Below, in pieces: positions 50,184 through 60,700 of a stretch of DNA of 64,000 nt. The position numbers and the translations under genes are program-made. The stretch's first letter is position 1; each line of letters begins with the position of its first letter. Location of the stretch: positions 1 through 64,000 of the IMG/VR virus record IMGVR_UViG_3300042922_000542. One strand, given 5' to 3'. The notes under the pieces were generated by a model, which saw only the letters and a list, made by a program, of their open reading frames with translations, was not told the DNA's origin and did not search any database.

Positions 50184-51278
50184 CTATTCAGTATCTGATG
50201 AATCTTCAACGATCATATATATCGCTGTTATATTACCAGTTAATTGAGATATTGAACTGGAGTTTACACTACCACTATTTCTTATGGACTTCTCTAATGT
50301 AGATGTATTCACAATGAATTCTATTAATCCACCATATTGGCGATTAACACCATGACTACTGTACATTCTTTTTGCATCCGTATGTAAATCTGATTTATGA
50401 TCCCCTATTTTTGCGGTGTACATACCATTTTCACCAACAATAAGAAATCGTTGACCTTCGATACCATCTCTGGTATATGCCGATCCTAAAGCTACCAGAT
50501 AATCATCTCCGCTATCATTTACGGTGAATTGATTTTCCTGTAATGTGAATCGTCTAAATCCATTAGTATCAGTGTAGGCTGATGCGGAATGACTTACTCT
50601 ATATGCCGCTGAGCTACGTTTTGTAATTGCCCTATAATCTTCATAAGGTTTAAAAGATGCAATATTGATATTATCACCATAATCTACGGGTAATGGATAT
50701 TTTACCAGTTTACCAGATTCTATATTTATCACTTCATTACCAATATTTTCAATCCATGTTTTATTTTCATCGGATTCAACCATCGAATTGTCTAGATGTT
50801 GAATAGCGATATCTTGAATATTTCTATTAATGAATCCACCCCTACTAGCTAATAGTACTGAGGTTTGTGGAGAAGTTACAACTTCTGATACTTCTTGTTT
50901 TTGTACATCATTTTCATTAACTTGTAATTCTTGTGTATTGTACATATTAGATTCAAATGAATTAGTAATATCTTCAATATGTCTATTTTGATCGGCTTCT
51001 ATTTCCTCTAATATGGGTAGTACATCATATTCATTTAATACTGATACCATTTCAACTTCTTCGATCTTATCACTATCATGTGTCATGATATATAAATCGT
51101 CACTCATTACTGTGGCGTGACCTGTAGGTTTACCAGTTGTAATAGATGCGACAATTAAAATAGCTATGACCCATTTAAATGGAGTGATTGATTTTCTTGT
51201 AGCTTTTTTGGTTATCACCATAATAAATAATGTAAGAAGCATAATAAACTCGATAATATTTTTAAATATTTTTTTCAT
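50184..51278 (-). CDS. Membrane-anchored cell-wall-active protein (3D/double-psi-barrel-like C-domain)
   Basis: N-terminal hydrophobic segments, LASRGG linker, C-domain FKPYEDYRAIT..YLVALGS..IGDHKSD..IEFIV. Confidence 0.5.
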   Translation of the reverse strand: MKKIFKNIIEFIMLLTLFIMVITKKATRKSITPFKWVIAILIVASITTGKPTGHATVMSDDLYIMTHDSDKIEEVEMVSVLNEYDVLPILEEIEADQNRHIEDITNSFESNMYNTQELQVNENDVQKQEVSEVVTSPQTSVLLASRGGFINRNIQDIAIQHLDNSMVESDENKTWIENIGNEVINIESGKLVKYPLPVDYGDNINIASFKPYEDYRAITKRSSAAYRVSHSASAYTDTNGFRRFTLQENQFTVNDSGDDYLVALGSAYTRDGIEGQRFLIVGENGMYTAKIGDHKSDLHTDAKRMYSSHGVNRQYGGLIEFIVNTSTLEKSIRNSGSVNSSSISQLTGNITAIYMIVEDSSDTE

Positions 51279-51393
51279 TTTGAAATACCTCCGAAGTATA
51301 ATTTATATTCTTATCGTAGTATATTTACAATATATAATTTTATATTATAAATATGCCATGACACAAATAATATTAAAAGGAGCTCGATAGTAC

Positions 51394-52161
51394 ATGTCTA
51401 GAATAGTAAAACCTGAAATCCAAAAATATAATTTAATACAATTAAACAATTTGATCCATTCGGATCCAAGACGTAGTACATACCATCTAAATCATATAAG
51501 ATTAACGTGCAAATACGCAATAATGTTAGCTAGAAAATTATCTTTAGATGTGGATATAAATAAATTACGTTATGCGGCGTTAGCTCATGACATATTGAAA
51601 GAAAAAAGTTTCAATATCAGTGTCAGAGAAATCAACATAGGAGGAATTAATATCCCTCAAGATTTAAATTGGTATGTTAGAAAAAATCTAGATATATTAG
51701 AATTATATGGTTTGGATGATTACTTTAATAGTGATGCGCAATTGCATGCATTATCAGCAGGAATATTCCTACATAAGGAATTAAATATAACCGATCCAGA
51801 TATAATATATCCAGTATTCTTTCACTCATGCCCTATAATATCCATATATGAAACACTGGATCCACATACACAGGCACTTGTTGATATTATAATGCTATCA
51901 GATAAATTATCATCAAATAAACTCAAACGAGAGTTGAAAAAAATATCATATAATCTCGAGGTTGCTGTTTTCGGTGAGAGCAATACTGAGTTAAATTATT
52001 CACTTGGATTATTATTAGCTAGATTAATAGCACAAGGTAATTCTCCAGGCAAACATGCAATAATTGCTACTGATTTCTATCACAGAAGATTAATGAAGAC
52101 TCAGCCATTTATGACAGAAAAATCATTGGAGGTAATAAAATTATGGCTAAAAAAACAATAA
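51394..52161 (+). CDS. HD-domain hydrolase, YqeK-like
   Basis: H..HI, AALAHDILKE, LHALSAG, FFHS, IIMLSDK. Confidence 0.75.
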   Translation: MSRIVKPEIQKYNLIQLNNLIHSDPRRSTYHLNHIRLTCKYAIMLARKLSLDVDINKLRYAALAHDILKEKSFNISVREINIGGINIPQDLNWYVRKNLDILELYGLDDYFNSDAQLHALSAGIFLHKELNITDPDIIYPVFFHSCPIISIYETLDPHTQALVDIIMLSDKLSSNKLKRELKKISYNLEVAVFGESNTELNYSLGLLLARLIAQGNSPGKHAIIATDFYHRRLMKTQPFMTEKSLEVIKLWLKKQ

Positions 52162-52658
52162 CACCTGAAATGGAACTAAAAACTGCAATCGAATCAATCC
52201 TTAACGGATCGGGATCTGTTTATTTTAATGTTAACGGAATATTACTTTCTAAAAACAAATTAGATCGTATTGTAATAGTAGTTCCAGATAAGTTATTACT
52301 TGAGGGATTAATTGAGGATAAAACCATTAACATTGAAGAATTAACTATAGATCATCAGTATTTTAAATATTATAATAATTTATTTAAGTATGGTGAAGGA
52401 ATTGATAGCGATGATTGGATATCATTACAATCTGATGAATTATATGCTGGAAATACAATTGATATTAATATTAAGGATTATGAATGCCCAATTCAAATTA
52501 ATAAAGATTTACTTCCGATAAAATTAAAGAAATCTGAATATGAAAATATATTTTATCGTATATTTATGGATCCACTAATAATTGGATTACGAAAGGATTT
52601 TAAATCAATAAATGAAGGCTATTCATTCTCAATGTTAACATTGTTTAGAATTATATGA
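52143..52658 (+). CDS. Hypothetical protein
   Basis: 171 aa, RBS GGAGG. Confidence 0.7.
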   Translation: MAKKTITPEMELKTAIESILNGSGSVYFNVNGILLSKNKLDRIVIVVPDKLLLEGLIEDKTINIEELTIDHQYFKYYNNLFKYGEGIDSDDWISLQSDELYAGNTIDINIKDYECPIQINKDLLPIKLKKSEYENIFYRIFMDPLIIGLRKDFKSINEGYSFSMLTLFRII

Positions 52659-52671
52659 GGGGGACTTTTAT

Positions 52672-52989
52672 ATGGGTATGTATTATTATTTCTATAAATC
52701 AGATACTGATAAAGATGATTTTGAAAGTGGTAAAATTGCCGGTATTCCGGATGATCTAGGTACTAAATATGGGCTCGAATCAATAAATCACTATAGGGAA
52801 AATTGTTCATTGCGAAAGAATGACAATGGTGCATGTTCATGTTGTGATTGTAGTAGCGTAACTAGATATAAAATATCAAGGGAAAATGGTAGAGAAATCG
52901 CTAAGGATATGTATGTAAATCAAACATTATTTGATGATTTAATGAATTTCATAATGCAAGATTTTCTTTGGATACGATTGGATTATTGA
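52672..52989 (+). CDS. Hypothetical protein with Cys cluster
   Basis: 105 aa; C..ACSCCDC. Confidence 0.65.
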   Translation: MGMYYYFYKSDTDKDDFESGKIAGIPDDLGTKYGLESINHYRENCSLRKNDNGACSCCDCSSVTRYKISRENGREIAKDMYVNQTLFDDLMNFIMQDFLWIRLDY

Positions 52990-53149
52990 AATGATAATTC
53001 AAATACTAGTAAATTATCAAACAGAGCTAGAATAAATAAAATATAGGAAGTGGGTTAAATACCCACTTCTTATTTAATTAGAATTAACAATTATTTATTT
53101 TTTTTATTAACTTATATATTATAGCAACAAGAAGGAGAGTGGCTTACTA

Positions 53150-54577
53150 ATGACATTCGAAATATTTAATACTCACATGGAATTATATCCATATACAAAG
53201 GATGATTATCCAGTTATAGAGTTTATGTATACAGCTATTGATAAATTTTCACAAAATGAATTTCCATGCGGTTATACAATTACTGAAAATAAATTATTCT
53301 TACCCCGGGGCACGAGTGTAAGTAAGATCGAGCAAATCACAGGTGAAACTGCTCTTTATAATAAGGAAAGTGATCCATCATCAGAAATGAATAAAAAGCA
53401 CCACTGTTTCTATGATCTGCGAAATAAATTACAAGAAGATACGGTTTTATTTTTAACAGAAAATTCTAATAAACAATTAGCTGTCAATCTTTCTACAGGT
53501 TTCGGTAAAACATTATGTACGGCATATGCTATAACTAGATTAGGCGAACGAGCATTAATAATAACACCAAATGAAGGTTTAAAACAACAATGGATGAAAA
53601 CATTTTTAACAATGTTTGATTATAAAAAAACAGAAGGGTTGAATATATCTGGATCTGATATTATGGAAGATATTATGAATGATTTAATTGACCCATGCGA
53701 TGTTTATTTTGTTAATCATCAAACTCTTCAGAGTTATTTATCCAATCATACACCGTACATGTTACATCAATTCTTTAAAAAATTGAAGATAGGTATAAAA
53801 GTATATGATGAATCTCATCTTCAATTCGCCAATATATTATTTATGGATTTCTTTAGTAATACTAACAGAACTTGGTATCTTACGGCGACATTTGATAGAA
53901 GTGATAAAACAGAATCAGCTTGTTTTAAGAGAGCATTTAATTCGGTTGAAACATTCGGTGAAATGGAATCATATAATGAACAACGTAAACATGTCATATA
54001 TCATGTAACTCATATTAGAAGCAGGATTAATAATAAACAATTGAGAAAGCTATTAGGATATCAAGGTTTAACATCAGCATCATATGGTAAATATGCTTTC
54101 TTTGAAGATACCAATGAAACAGCATATATGGCAATCAGAACTATAGTTGATAAAATTAAAGATATTGATGGTAAGATGCTGATATTAGTTCCATTAATAA
54201 GTGTCATTGAAGATGTTGTAGCTAAATTAAAGAAAGATTTTCCTGATAAACGAATTGGGGAATATCATTCAAAAATAAGTAAAGATGAAAAAGAAGATAC
54301 ATTGAAGAAAGATATTATAGTATCAACAATTGCATCTTGTGGTACTGGTGTCGATATTAAACGATTACGTTCAGTAATTTGTATAGAACCTTATGCATCA
54401 AAAGTAACAGCACAACAGGTTATTGGTCGTTTGAGGGAATTCGCACCAGATAAAGATACATATTATTTTGATATTGTGGATATCTCAATTCCTCAGCTTG
54501 GATGGTGGTTTAGAGGTAGATTCAAAAAAATAGAGGCATTGGTAAAATCAGTAATATACTTAAATTTGGATGAGTAA
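53150..54577 (+). CDS. Superfamily 2 DExH helicase (UvsW-like)
   Basis: STGFGKT, YDESH, LTAT, GTGVDI, QVIGRLR. Confidence 0.9.
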   Translation: MTFEIFNTHMELYPYTKDDYPVIEFMYTAIDKFSQNEFPCGYTITENKLFLPRGTSVSKIEQITGETALYNKESDPSSEMNKKHHCFYDLRNKLQEDTVLFLTENSNKQLAVNLSTGFGKTLCTAYAITRLGERALIITPNEGLKQQWMKTFLTMFDYKKTEGLNISGSDIMEDIMNDLIDPCDVYFVNHQTLQSYLSNHTPYMLHQFFKKLKIGIKVYDESHLQFANILFMDFFSNTNRTWYLTATFDRSDKTESACFKRAFNSVETFGEMESYNEQRKHVIYHVTHIRSRINNKQLRKLLGYQGLTSASYGKYAFFEDTNETAYMAIRTIVDKIKDIDGKMLILVPLISVIEDVVAKLKKDFPDKRIGEYHSKISKDEKEDTLKKDIIVSTIASCGTGVDIKRLRSVICIEPYASKVTAQQVIGRLREFAPDKDTYYFDIVDISIPQLGWWFRGRFKKIEALVKSVIYLNLDE

Positions 54578-54633
54578 TGATAATTGCTGATAATATATTA
54601 ATTAAAAAATAATCGCATATGTCTAATAATATC

Positions 54634-54779
54634 AATTATATATTATTAATATAATATATATTATAATAATATTATATAATATTATTATATATATTAATAT
54701 ATATATATATAATATATATAGTATATTATATTAAATATATAATATATATATAATATAATAATAATTATATATAATTATT
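54634..54779. other. Nearly pure A/T low-complexity intergenic tract
   Basis: About 145 bp with a single G; TATA/ATAAT repeats. Confidence 0.8.
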
Positions 54780-54882
54780 CGAATACATCATATACGATTT
54801 ATTTCTAATATATTTAGTAAATAACCGTAAAAGACAAGTAATATTCAAAAATCTATTAAAAAATATTCTAGGAGGAACTAAG

Positions 54883-55713
54883 ATGGGTAATGAAAAAAAG
54901 ATTTATATTATTAATGGTAATGGTATTGCAGGTGACGGTAGACATATTTCAAATATGCTAATGAATATTGTTAAATACAATGCAATGCTAAATGCTGAAC
55001 AAGCTGCTATTGATGAAGCTGATTTTAAAAAATCTACAAATAATCAGGAGGAAGTAAATTTGAATAAAATGGTTAAATTATATGATTTAAATGATGAATC
55101 ATTATTATCATTAATTAATGATATAAATGATATATTAGTATCTAGAAATGCTGAAGAAAATAATAAAAGCGATAATATAACTACATATGATGTTAATGAT
55201 AAATGCTGCCAGGCATGTCAAATTCAAGAACTATGTGCACCCATTGCTAAAGATATGAATGAAGCACAAAGAGTTAAGTCCATGAATTCAATAATGGATA
55301 TTAATAAAAATATGATGGAACTTCATACAACACCAATTCAATCATATCCATTCGAAATTAAAAGTGAAAGTATTAAACCAATTATGAGTGAAGCAAGAGG
55401 TGTTAATCTATACGGCATTCGTAAAAAAAGACTAAATAAAATAATTAAGAAGGCTGTAAGATCTGAACTGGCAGGTGTTGTAAATAAATTGGCACTTATA
55501 ATCGAATCTATAGATGATTTAGGGTATCTTGTGGATGATAAATATAAAGAAATTAATCAACGTGTTGATGTGTTATATCAGCCATTAAATAAAATCTTAA
55601 CTAAGACTGATCATGCAGAATGTAATAAGGGCAATGCACCTATTATAACAAGCGTTACAAGTATGCCTCTTAACAATGATCAATCGGATAAACATGATTG
55701 CTGCAAACATTAA
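54883..55713 (+). CDS. Hypothetical protein
   Basis: 276 aa, RBS AGGAGG; CCQAC..C motif. Confidence 0.65.
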   Translation: MGNEKKIYIINGNGIAGDGRHISNMLMNIVKYNAMLNAEQAAIDEADFKKSTNNQEEVNLNKMVKLYDLNDESLLSLINDINDILVSRNAEENNKSDNITTYDVNDKCCQACQIQELCAPIAKDMNEAQRVKSMNSIMDINKNMMELHTTPIQSYPFEIKSESIKPIMSEARGVNLYGIRKKRLNKIIKKAVRSELAGVVNKLALIIESIDDLGYLVDDKYKEINQRVDVLYQPLNKILTKTDHAECNKGNAPIITSVTSMPLNNDQSDKHDCCKH

Positions 55714-55742
55714 ACTGTGAGCTAAGGAGATTTTAATATTTT

Positions 55743-56300
55743 ATGAAAAATAATAAATCTATGAGTAATGGAGTTATACATAAATCAATATTTATTATAA
55801 ATGGTGCCGGTGGTACAGGTAAGGATGAATTTATAAAATGCTGCAGTGAATATAAACGTATATTAAATATATCATCTGTTGATCATGTAAAGGATGCATT
55901 GGCAATGTTATGTCCAACATATCATTGGGGTTTAGAAAAGCAGAAAGATGAAATCGGTAAAACATGGAGACAAAATCTTCATGATTTAAAAACGTTATCT
56001 ATAAATATGGATGATGGTCCTTTTAAAGTTATAGATGATAAAATTCTAAACTTCTTGTGTGATGATGGGGAACACGATGTATTATTTATACATGTACGTG
56101 AACCTGAGGAGATCTCCAAGATACAACGTTGTTATTCATGTAAAACATTATTAATTACTAATATCAATGCATACCCACTCGATTCATTAGATTTTGAAAA
56201 GAATGTTGTAAATTTTAATTACGATATTACAATTGATAATGATAGTACTATAGATAATTTGCGTGAAAACGTAAAAAAGTTTATAAAAAATTATTGTTAA
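55743..56300 (+). CDS. P-loop nucleotide kinase (dNMP kinase-like)
   Basis: IINGAGGTGKD, FIHVREPEE, YDITIDND. Confidence 0.7.
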   Translation: MKNNKSMSNGVIHKSIFIINGAGGTGKDEFIKCCSEYKRILNISSVDHVKDALAMLCPTYHWGLEKQKDEIGKTWRQNLHDLKTLSINMDDGPFKVIDDKILNFLCDDGEHDVLFIHVREPEEISKIQRCYSCKTLLITNINAYPLDSLDFEKNVVNFNYDITIDNDSTIDNLRENVKKFIKNYC

Positions 56301-56332
56301 ATAATGGGCGGGATATCCCGCCCATTATTTAA
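56297..56332. terminator. Bidirectional terminator, perfect 36-bp palindrome
   Basis: TTAAATAATGGGCGGGAT|ATCCCGCCCATTATTTAA. Confidence 0.85.
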
Positions 56333-56334
56333 AT

Positions 56335-56979
56335 TTAATATCTAGGAATTAATTTTTCATATGTTTTCATAAATAATTGATCGTCTTCTGCAATGACACT
56401 CAGAGCATTCATAAATTTTTGATTTTTTTCGTTTGGAAAATAAAACTTGACATAACCATTTCTCCCAAATTTTTTTATCATGTGTTTTTTAACGCGATCT
56501 CGCTCTTCATCATATGTATAATTAGGATTAAGATTGGCACCATGGTGATATGCGCGAATTATAACCCTATGTACATCATCTATATCTTTATCAGCATCTG
56601 CTACTATTTTACCATAAATACTTCTTGGTTCTCTAGTAGAACTTGCACGATGATCTTCGACAGCTTCTTTAATAATTTGAATTTCTTCACTGGTAAACCA
56701 GGAATCTAATATTGAATCATTTTTAACCAATACGCCTGAATTTCTTTCATGTATATCCCTAGGCCCTATAGTTAATCCTAGATCATGATATGCTGCAACC
56801 GTATAAACAATATTGGGGTTAATGTCGTGCATATCTAATAATACGATTAGCTCCATTGATCTAGATATGACTTTTAATATGTGATCCCTCCCATGTCCTT
56901 TATCGCAAGTATCATACAACGGTATGATTGCATTTTCAATATATAATTGTAAATTAGGTTGCACTGAATCGTATTTCAT
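56335..56979 (-). CDS. HD-domain phosphohydrolase
   Basis: GHGRDH, AAYHDLG, HERNS, EDHRAS, IVADAD. Confidence 0.85.
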   Translation of the reverse strand: MKYDSVQPNLQLYIENAIIPLYDTCDKGHGRDHILKVISRSMELIVLLDMHDINPNIVYTVAAYHDLGLTIGPRDIHERNSGVLVKNDSILDSWFTSEEIQIIKEAVEDHRASSTREPRSIYGKIVADADKDIDDVHRVIIRAYHHGANLNPNYTYDEERDRVKKHMIKKFGRNGYVKFYFPNEKNQKFMNALSVIAEDDQLFMKTYEKLIPRY

Positions 56980-57288
56980 AATAATATTATTCCTCCTAAG
57001 ATTTTAATATGTCATAAATTTGTGTATAATGTTTTTTATAAAAATATTAGTACTTATTATTTTTTGATTCCTCCTATTTTATATTATTTTTATATATTTA
57101 TTTTTATTTAGTAATTATATTATTAATTTAAATAGTAACGAAGTATACATTTTTTGATATATATTCCTATACTATTATTAAATTAATAATATATAAGGTA
57201 TTATCACTCATATACGATATCAAGATCGCATATTGAATATATCTAAATATATATTATGATATTAATAAATTAATGGAGGATTATTATA

Positions 57289-57744
57289 ATGAAAGAAATA
57301 AATTTAAATGTAACATCATTTGTTATACCAAATACAGCTTCAAAAATGACTGAATTTCATGGTAAAGAGTTATATTTTAAAAATATACATGAATTGAATA
57401 ATATTGAATATAATGAAAATAATAAGATTGTACAACTGTGGTCATATAATCATGAAGAACTAAAATGTGATAATATTGGAAATCATAAATTTAAATTAGA
57501 AATTGATGGTATTACTGAAACTATGTTTATGGTAGATCTAACTTGGATACCTTATGAATTGATTAAAGATTGTAAAGAAGGGGATGTTGTAACATTTAAA
57601 TTTCCATATATGACTCATGATATTCATGACGTTACTTCAATTAATATGATATTCAATATTAATATGAAATGTCAACAAGCAGAATCTAGATATCGCAGAT
57701 TTGGTAATTTTGAAGATGTTGTTAAATCGGTTATGCGAATATAA
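57289..57744 (+). CDS. Hypothetical protein
   Basis: 151 aa, RBS GGAGG. Confidence 0.7.
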   Translation: MKEINLNVTSFVIPNTASKMTEFHGKELYFKNIHELNNIEYNENNKIVQLWSYNHEELKCDNIGNHKFKLEIDGITETMFMVDLTWIPYELIKDCKEGDVVTFKFPYMTHDIHDVTSINMIFNINMKCQQAESRYRRFGNFEDVVKSVMRI

Positions 57745-57780
57745 AATAAATAAGGTGGGTAAGCCCACCTTATTTATTTT
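57743..57780. terminator. Bidirectional terminator
   Basis: AAAATAAATAAGGTGGG-TAAG-CCCACCTTATTTATTTT. Confidence 0.85.
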
Positions 57781-57781
57781 T

Positions 57782-60700
57782 TTAATCTAAATTTATATTT
57801 ATTTCATTTTTTATAATGTTGATAGTATTTTTTGTACTATTGATACTTATAATGTTTGGATCGTATACTTTATATAGAGCTTCATTTAGATTGTGTGTTA
57901 GTATACCATATTCATCATACAATCTAACTGACATTCCATACCATTCATTCTTATCAATTATTACATGTGATTGTAGGTATGGATCGTTATTAATTTCTTC
58001 TTTCCATTCATCATTTAATAGATTAACTATAGTTATATAATCGATTGGCTTCCATTTAAATTGGCTCCATACCATTGATCGACCTGTTAAAGGAATTCCC
58101 TCTAACGTTGGAGCATTTAATACCATATACTGGAATGGTGTATTTACTATATCCGGTAACGGTAAATCTTCTGATGTATATAATCTTAATAGTATATCTC
58201 TATCGGTATCAACATTCTCAGGATAATCTTTATAATCAGGATGATCTCTACCAACTTGTCGCCAAACAGGTGTTAATAATTTTTCTTGTTCATCAATTGC
58301 ATAGTTATCATCAGGCAATGTACCTTTTAACGCATCATCCAAATATGTTGAATAATTCCATACCGGATATGGTCTTAAACTATCTTCAGAATCTATTACT
58401 TCTAGAAACTCGTCACTGAAATACTCATCTTGTGATCTATTAATTTCAAGAATTTCTAAATTTTTTAATGAAGTTAATCCATGCAAAAATATTTTTGTTG
58501 GTGAAATAATCGTAACTTCATCATCTAATAATTTACCGTTTACCCAGAATTCAAAATATGTTTTGTTTAAAGGTTTATTTATTTTACCTTCAAGATTGAT
58601 ATAACCATGTTTGGGAATGTTTCTCTGTACATAAACTGATCTAACTGGGTAAGGTAGGGTTCTAATCTCAACTTGTTCATTGCGTCTATATAGATTTAAG
58701 AATGTAACATCAGTTCCAGTTTCAGTTAAATTGGTATCTAATGTAGGTTTCTCTGTTGAGCAATTAACTATTGGCATTCTAATATTATTTAGTAACATAT
58801 AAAATCTATCTTGCGGTGCTTGATAGTTTGGTATTTTATATGTTGGGGTCATTTCCCAGTCATTACCCATAAATCTCCATCTATGAGGAGTCTTATCTAT
58901 TGTAATAGTATAATTTGTCGGTTCTGGAATATTATATTTCGGAATTATCTTGAATTCACCTTTAGGTGGAACTGCCATTGCATCCGTTATATTTTTTATC
59001 CAACCATCATCGATTGATTCAATTTCAAATGTTCTAAACTCAACATACATTTTTGCAGCAGTATGGGTTCCTATATATTCACTCTGGTATATTATAAATT
59101 CATAATTTCCAGCATCAGGAATTTCAGGAATATGTCTAGGTGTAAATGATAGCACATGGCTTGACATATCGGATTTGATATCGCCAAATATCTGGATATT
59201 ATGATCCTTATTGTATGCCCATGCTGAACCGGTTGTATATCCATCCCCAGGATATGTTACAATATGTGATGTAATTTTGGTATAGGTTTCGGTTCCTTCA
59301 TATATAACATCAATTGGATCTGCAACTATTCTTATTTCATCTGATCCAACAATAGGAATTGCAGTACTGTCCTGATTTATTACTTGGACATCATCTATAT
59401 TGATTGTATTACCTACATCATCAATGACTGCTGTATTTTCATCTAGTATTACCTCAGTATTTTTTTCTTTGTATGATATATTTCTAAACCATACATCGAA
59501 TCTGCTGCTATCCATTACATTTTCGAAGCTATTTGTATTATTATTAAATAATATTATATCTTCTAAATGTATCTCATTACGATAATGCATATAATCAGCT
59601 AATTTGAATAGCATTCCATCTTCTTTAGTGTGTTCAGATATTGTATAGTTTTTAGTCTGTGTATATGGAAATAGTTTTCTAATACGAATTGATCTTCCGG
59701 TATTAATATTCACTCTAGCAGGTAATATGTTTATTTCATCAATGATAGATGTAAATATATCCAATTTTGCGTTACGTAATAATGAATTATTACGCTTTTG
59801 AGTATCAGCTGTTTTGTTTAGATATAATTTCATGTCATATTTGAAATATTCATCATCTTTTAGAAATGTTAATGTAAAACCTAAATCATTATCGTCATCA
59901 TCGAATATTGATTCCAATTCCCATCTACTTTGATCATTTAAATCCTCCCATTCTTTAGTAGTCCAGTTAAATACAGAGATATCATTAGGACCTATATTGT
60001 GAATGTAGGTAGAATTATTTTCATAATGTGGAACATATGTCGGTTTCCATTTTCTAGTATTTATGTTTCTTTTAATCATATCATATGATCTGACTGTCAT
60101 CCACGGTGCATCTGGATACTGTTGGCGGATGTTTGGATATCCGGGTTTATAATCAGAATCCATCCAAAATACATCAAACCATCTCCATGTCTCATCTGAG
60201 ATTATACCATCATCATATATTAATTCACCTAATCCATTTATACCTGTTATTTTATATATGCAACGATGTAAATCCCTAGTTTCGTCCACATTAATCCCGA
60301 CAGTTTTACCTATAATAACATTAGGTAGTTGTGATTTATTAACAGGCCTTTCTGCAAATGTTTCGAAATTATAATCGGTGACTACTGAATTTTCAGAGTT
60401 ACACATTAACACTTGGCTTATAAATTGATATTCCCCTTTAACTGGTTGATTTGGTGGAATTCTTTTAGTATCATCTATAAATGGGTGCGTAACTTCTTCA
60501 ACGTTTTGAATGCCATTCCACTTATCATTGATATCGCCTGTTATTGAATTATCAATACGATTTCCTTGGTAAAAGTGATGTTCTGGATCCCCATCGTCAC
60601 ATGCAGGGTCAGGTAATGGATCAAGCATTGGAATTGAAGGGTACATAAATGTATCATTACGATCATCCATTGGAAGATTATCATGACGATGTTCAATAAA

